Source: Caecitellus pseudoparvulus (taxonomy: Eukaryota > Protista > Bigyra: Bicosoecida). Taken from it: 64,000 nt of DNA. The notes beneath the pieces are model-generated. The model was not told the DNA's origin, did not search any database, and saw nothing but the letters and a program-made list of their open reading frames with translations. The DNA lies in contig CBFFRQ010000089.1 in NCBI GenBank assembly GCA_965644315.1, forward strand, positions 124,001-188,000. Direction: 5' to 3'. This document shows, one piece after another, positions 63,401 through 64,000 of the stretch. Each line of letters opens with the position of its first letter. Within the stretch, counting starts at the first letter, position 1. Both the position numbers and the translations under genes were made by a program.

Positions 63401-64000
63401 CGTCGCCATCGAGATCTGGCGCAACATCAGAAACGCGCAACTTTCCGCCGTCGAAAGCCGCGTCTTCCCAAAAGCCTCCCGCCTCCAGAAACTGGACGCC
63501 TCGTGGAAGCTGTTCATCATCGTAGTCAATCGCAAACACGCCACCTTGGTTTGAAGCAGCTCCTGGAGCGCTGACGAAAACCACAGCGCAGTCGGGGCAG
63601 AACAATGATCCTCGCGTCGCGGCGAGTGACTCGCCTGCCAGGAAAGATTCCGGGAGCATGCCGCTCAAGACGCCTTCGTCATTGTCCATGAAGAAATGGA
63701 GCCTCGTGAGGTGCAGGATGTTGCCATCCCAAGCCACACCAAAGTGCCCCACCCAGCCCCGGCCACCCTCATGGTGCGGCGCGCCCACCACGAGCTCCGC
63801 CACATCGGAGTCTCGCGGAGGAAGCGCGACGACGGCAGAGCCCATCCTGTCTCCTTCATTCAGGTGCTCAGAGGCGTTCACTTCGATGTTGTATGCGGAG
63901 CCGACGATGGTGCAGTGGGCGACTTCAACCGTGTCAGTGAGTCCCACAAGCGCGAGCCTCCCTCGACCCCAGCCAGGCATGCCGATGGCGTACTCGTCAG
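54486..64000 (-). CDS. Giant FG-GAP (integrin-alpha-like beta-propeller) repeat, mucin-stalk, multi-pass membrane protein; 5' end beyond window
   Basis: The frame is open to the window edge (DEYAIGMPG). Many FG-GAP/Ca-loop motifs occur, e.g. DVDLDGVPDLLVGAP, DIDRDGCPDVAIGAF, DLNADGVVDFVAGVP, DLNGDGVPDLL and DINADGNMGIAFGSP. A Ser/Thr stalk, Cys-rich module and about 8-9 hydrophobic segments follow. Confidence 0.92.
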   Translation of the reverse strand, partial: DEYAIGMPGWGRGRLALVGLTDTVEVAHCTIVGSAYNIEVNASEHLNEGDRMGSAVVALPPRDSDVAELVVGAPHHEGGRGWVGHFGVAWDGNILHLTRLHFFMDNDEGVLSGMLPESFLAGESLAATRGSLFCPDCAVVFVSAPGAASNQGGVFAIDYDDEQLPRGVQFLEAGGFWEDAAFDGGKLRVSDVAPDLDGDGLPELLLHSPEGDDGTGAFLVAGLLGGVGRKPAVRLDGSEDSHLQLGVHFGSAAFLSANGASIQNGEHRQPLIAWGSVEPPQVTFGVLHVPAAEEWLPYSLALSNRPDVIRASNVVSELNIDAEAEGLPSSALGGLSLAIVRGLCHGDFAGRPDAFLLATGIPGEGPGNHGHVLVRYIDDRNLRPTSSPGGYLLIGGDFGVPPASFFGHDVASIGDVDLDGVPDLLVGAPESSLAFDHSAGDPGFVTIIYLRPDGSVDQHFTFPGPAGEGFGSGVTGIGDIDRDGCPDVAIGAFLHAGDEGAVFVYLLQPDRGSPFGDNAVLVPGDNLPTLEGMTGIGGDGQGWFGEGVAHVQAHLFDPELTTIAVSAPKSNGDLGSIIFLGIDTELSFQAHFSITSGTRDLYGTTLTFQEESFCTLRAAAGTFPATARTPSQTYSQLVQLPIQCRTEAFMLTVGGQRSDGQPPLMRFDTLGREKGGLGSDSFYEKPTLAFAGNFTQAMSSGHPAVIMGLPYDGVDAKGVVHFVEYHPLPDASPWTQRTPNHHALVPAQRCSIEAARFESHGDAAMAELRSNYSQSKNLGRAMLPFDALCDGTAEVFLGIPGARTVHGACSGGVGSYGGLVLGTLPPTVAPLAAFTHEDRLGTMPAAALYCSEEHQNCGAALALLGDVDGDGLPELAVGCSGKEYTETGEAILISRVLFDGQLELLHSINRNDDALPNGVIGSSHGESGFGMALAGLQEDLNADGVVDFVAGVPFAHDTDGGMVLTMFLHANGSLDSFAALELGSGGIPTLSSGARLGHSLVALGDVTGDGLRNGIAIAAPKADPPVVLLGLMLPDGHFEERLQISTGTTCTDGPGFDFSLVLPKAGEPSLHGGGVAPDLNGDGVPDLLLADIKGPSLEGATSHGTAAIVFLNSDFSVRSFEAIRPQHPQFLGANVLGQLEPSEGNTQWGHLAVLGLDGDQAGLSMYAGAWGHNAPDASSSGGLVRFTWVPPPSYAGGGVAAWTSMETEHAACVLQDGQELNPTLDPALSGLGAFSGGGAGETFGSSMAPLNDIDHNGVVDIAVGSALAVHESVQAGAVTILFMRDDFSVKSALRVDGNLGEWAALHESHALGHCGFSMAWAGNISNDGYGEFVVGCPSDLGMSGGAAIISLSYDAVVSSITPIDVGDVLDPELISYNGTAYQAKERLGHSVAVLNNGWLNGDKAVIAIGAPQTNAPGHAQIGAVILLVVDKDSMEFEHIAFIGVGCDNCEFPETDNLHLGSSVAAPGVIEDGGPADTLIISHDSPDVETSVFVVKLTGDLEHRDPVAASSTIANSAQPIDAAHPGKWLEWESLRVPDEDFGFVGSNMVLNTRPTEQANNLWLGSAANSNGGQGSLYVVVADTGEDPLAQLRRFHHIPQGYGAFDAIFDPTATNLGRPVLLGDINADGNMGIAFGSPFVRHGAYVDVGSVYFASIHIGRALQVAPHAWISSTATPTVSRTPTQTPTTLRTPSSSNTPTGTPLSVPSSTATVTVSGTSTAAVAPSSSKSAGATALSTLSPSGTSSATSSVTSTVSGTVPATSGVSPTGAATTTITPTGTSSVTSSVTSTRTATTTASRTASASVTASSSVASIATPTAGQSDTPILTVVATPSTSTSISSSGSASVTGSASVTPSISVSSSGSASVTGSASVTPSISVSSSGSASVTGSASVTPSISVSSSGSASVTGSASVTPSISVSSSGSASVTGSASVTPSISVSSSGSASVTGSASVTPSISVSSSGSASVTGSASVTPSISVSSSGSASVTGSASVTPSISVSSSGSASVTGSASVTPSISVSSSGSASVTGSASVTPSISVSSSGSASVTGSASVTPSISVSSSGSASVTGSASVTPSISVSSSGSASVTGSASVTPSISVSSSGSASVTGSASVTPSISVSSSGSASVTGSASVTPSISVSSSGSASVTGSASVTPSISVSSSGSASVTGSASVTPSISVSSSGSASVTGSASVTPSISVSSSGSASVTGSASVTPSISVSSSGSASVTGSASVTPSISVSSSGSASVTGSASVTPSISVSSSGSASVTGSASVTPSISVSSSGSASVTGSASVTPSISVSSSGSASVTGSTKNSVSTTATQTRSATPLSTTASSIAGTPLQSSTPLPTVSKSPSPSPTPQPSPPRSAWALTHASTNFSSHLQIAPHFSAQLACAQHCSSPQALILPCPRPGSCLPHTDVRLLTGCQPGHRGLACQACDDGWAARSPCTTCRQCPYNGVAPDVVKAGTTAAQVLLGLAMSLFAVHGYARAPDRVATTLFSGGLRLAMWYIGMAGQVALLAADTPGTLQATAHTLGHWADVCGMAQPWRAGQHQTLPPNGTMYASQPEPAQGVDVLGILGALTGRAGVATMPSAGCLTGGGNSRSPHDTANIIMAVYGAMLLCVSAAVLWCARPAPGKTWTTIFLLLAPAAYMQVVPSVIQGQARVVGLQPVWRGMSSPDDAAGHAADVGGYAASLTLQCLAATVGVLSVLAWRQWRRSEHLLPRGASIPAYCTMGYRMQYTPQQAVQLAQITGADKALQAAAVAAARASERACCGAGRLLPTHAFPALQMALVVLVAVMGSMTTSIVARLVCVGVGVAGSMALVQHRRPWALAELSDLDVLAHGGILVQVVCVGVGTVGGGLATAASIISGIGHVLVLLWLALAVARGYSGRARAVMLSMARRLRAWLPELSTASTRGGSRGQLGDVTDSQVPGVGSIVWALVQRCVRRGEMRPTASRPASDVLSVLGMVQEQGLDMETGMADVLGDSASTLMAMPSARDMHRSASVERVASQVGSQQHPLQALSSGASARIVQGANPLYQVGDGQHPLRGGRRGLGAAARESVPDLPAVQPEEVGTPSGEQQASAVVVSITPMTQRRASVVEAILSPESDAAQPQGDLQPSALEELRPSLQVDRRMSGGRHVDDRGRMSFTGSRQQRKSFQKSKRKLGVTTRR
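57078..58492 (-). repeat. Coding 60-bp minisatellite, about 23.5 copies (SISVSSSGSASVTGSASVTP)
   Basis: The units are identical except for one synonymous site (cgct/cact). Confidence 0.98.

Overview
This is a gene-dense, GC-rich eukaryotic nuclear window. The short introns (mostly about 60-160 nt, GT-AG, donors GTGCGT/GTGAGT/GTGGGT, acceptors YGCAG/CACAG), standard genetic code and gene set suggest a heterotrophic protist, probably a stramenopile (inference). I reconstructed about 22 protein genes by hand-splicing. They are the PCH2/TRIP13 3' end, calcyphosin-like EF-hand, two near-identical copies of an intronless KA1-like gene, two unknowns, PITH-domain protein, myristoylated calcineurin-B-like protein, inositol monophosphatase, cationic amino-acid transporter, DOHH, prefoldin 5, a giant C-type-lectin receptor, two-repeat MYB, peroxisomal acyl-CoA oxidase, REXO4, a CCCH-DEAH-RBR fusion, ACBP, Notchless, a probable NDUFA7, a Dpy-30-motif protein and a giant FG-GAP receptor running off the window end. 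There is also one tRNA-Arg(UCU). Most notable: (1) two giant surface proteins with unrelated ectodomains (about 14 C-type lectin domains vs many FG-GAP repeats) share one chassis of tandem-repeat Ser/Thr stalk, Cys-rich module, multi-pass membrane domain and NPL-containing tail; (2) the acyl-CoA oxidase has Gly at its canonical catalytic Glu and a Glu at the LCAD/IVD-type position; (3) a 1772-bp gene cassette is duplicated between palindromic 67-bp direct repeats just downstream of the tRNA; (4) an intronless RNA helicase-RBR E3 fusion has degenerate RNA-binding motifs. All family assignments come from recalled motifs; no database search was run.
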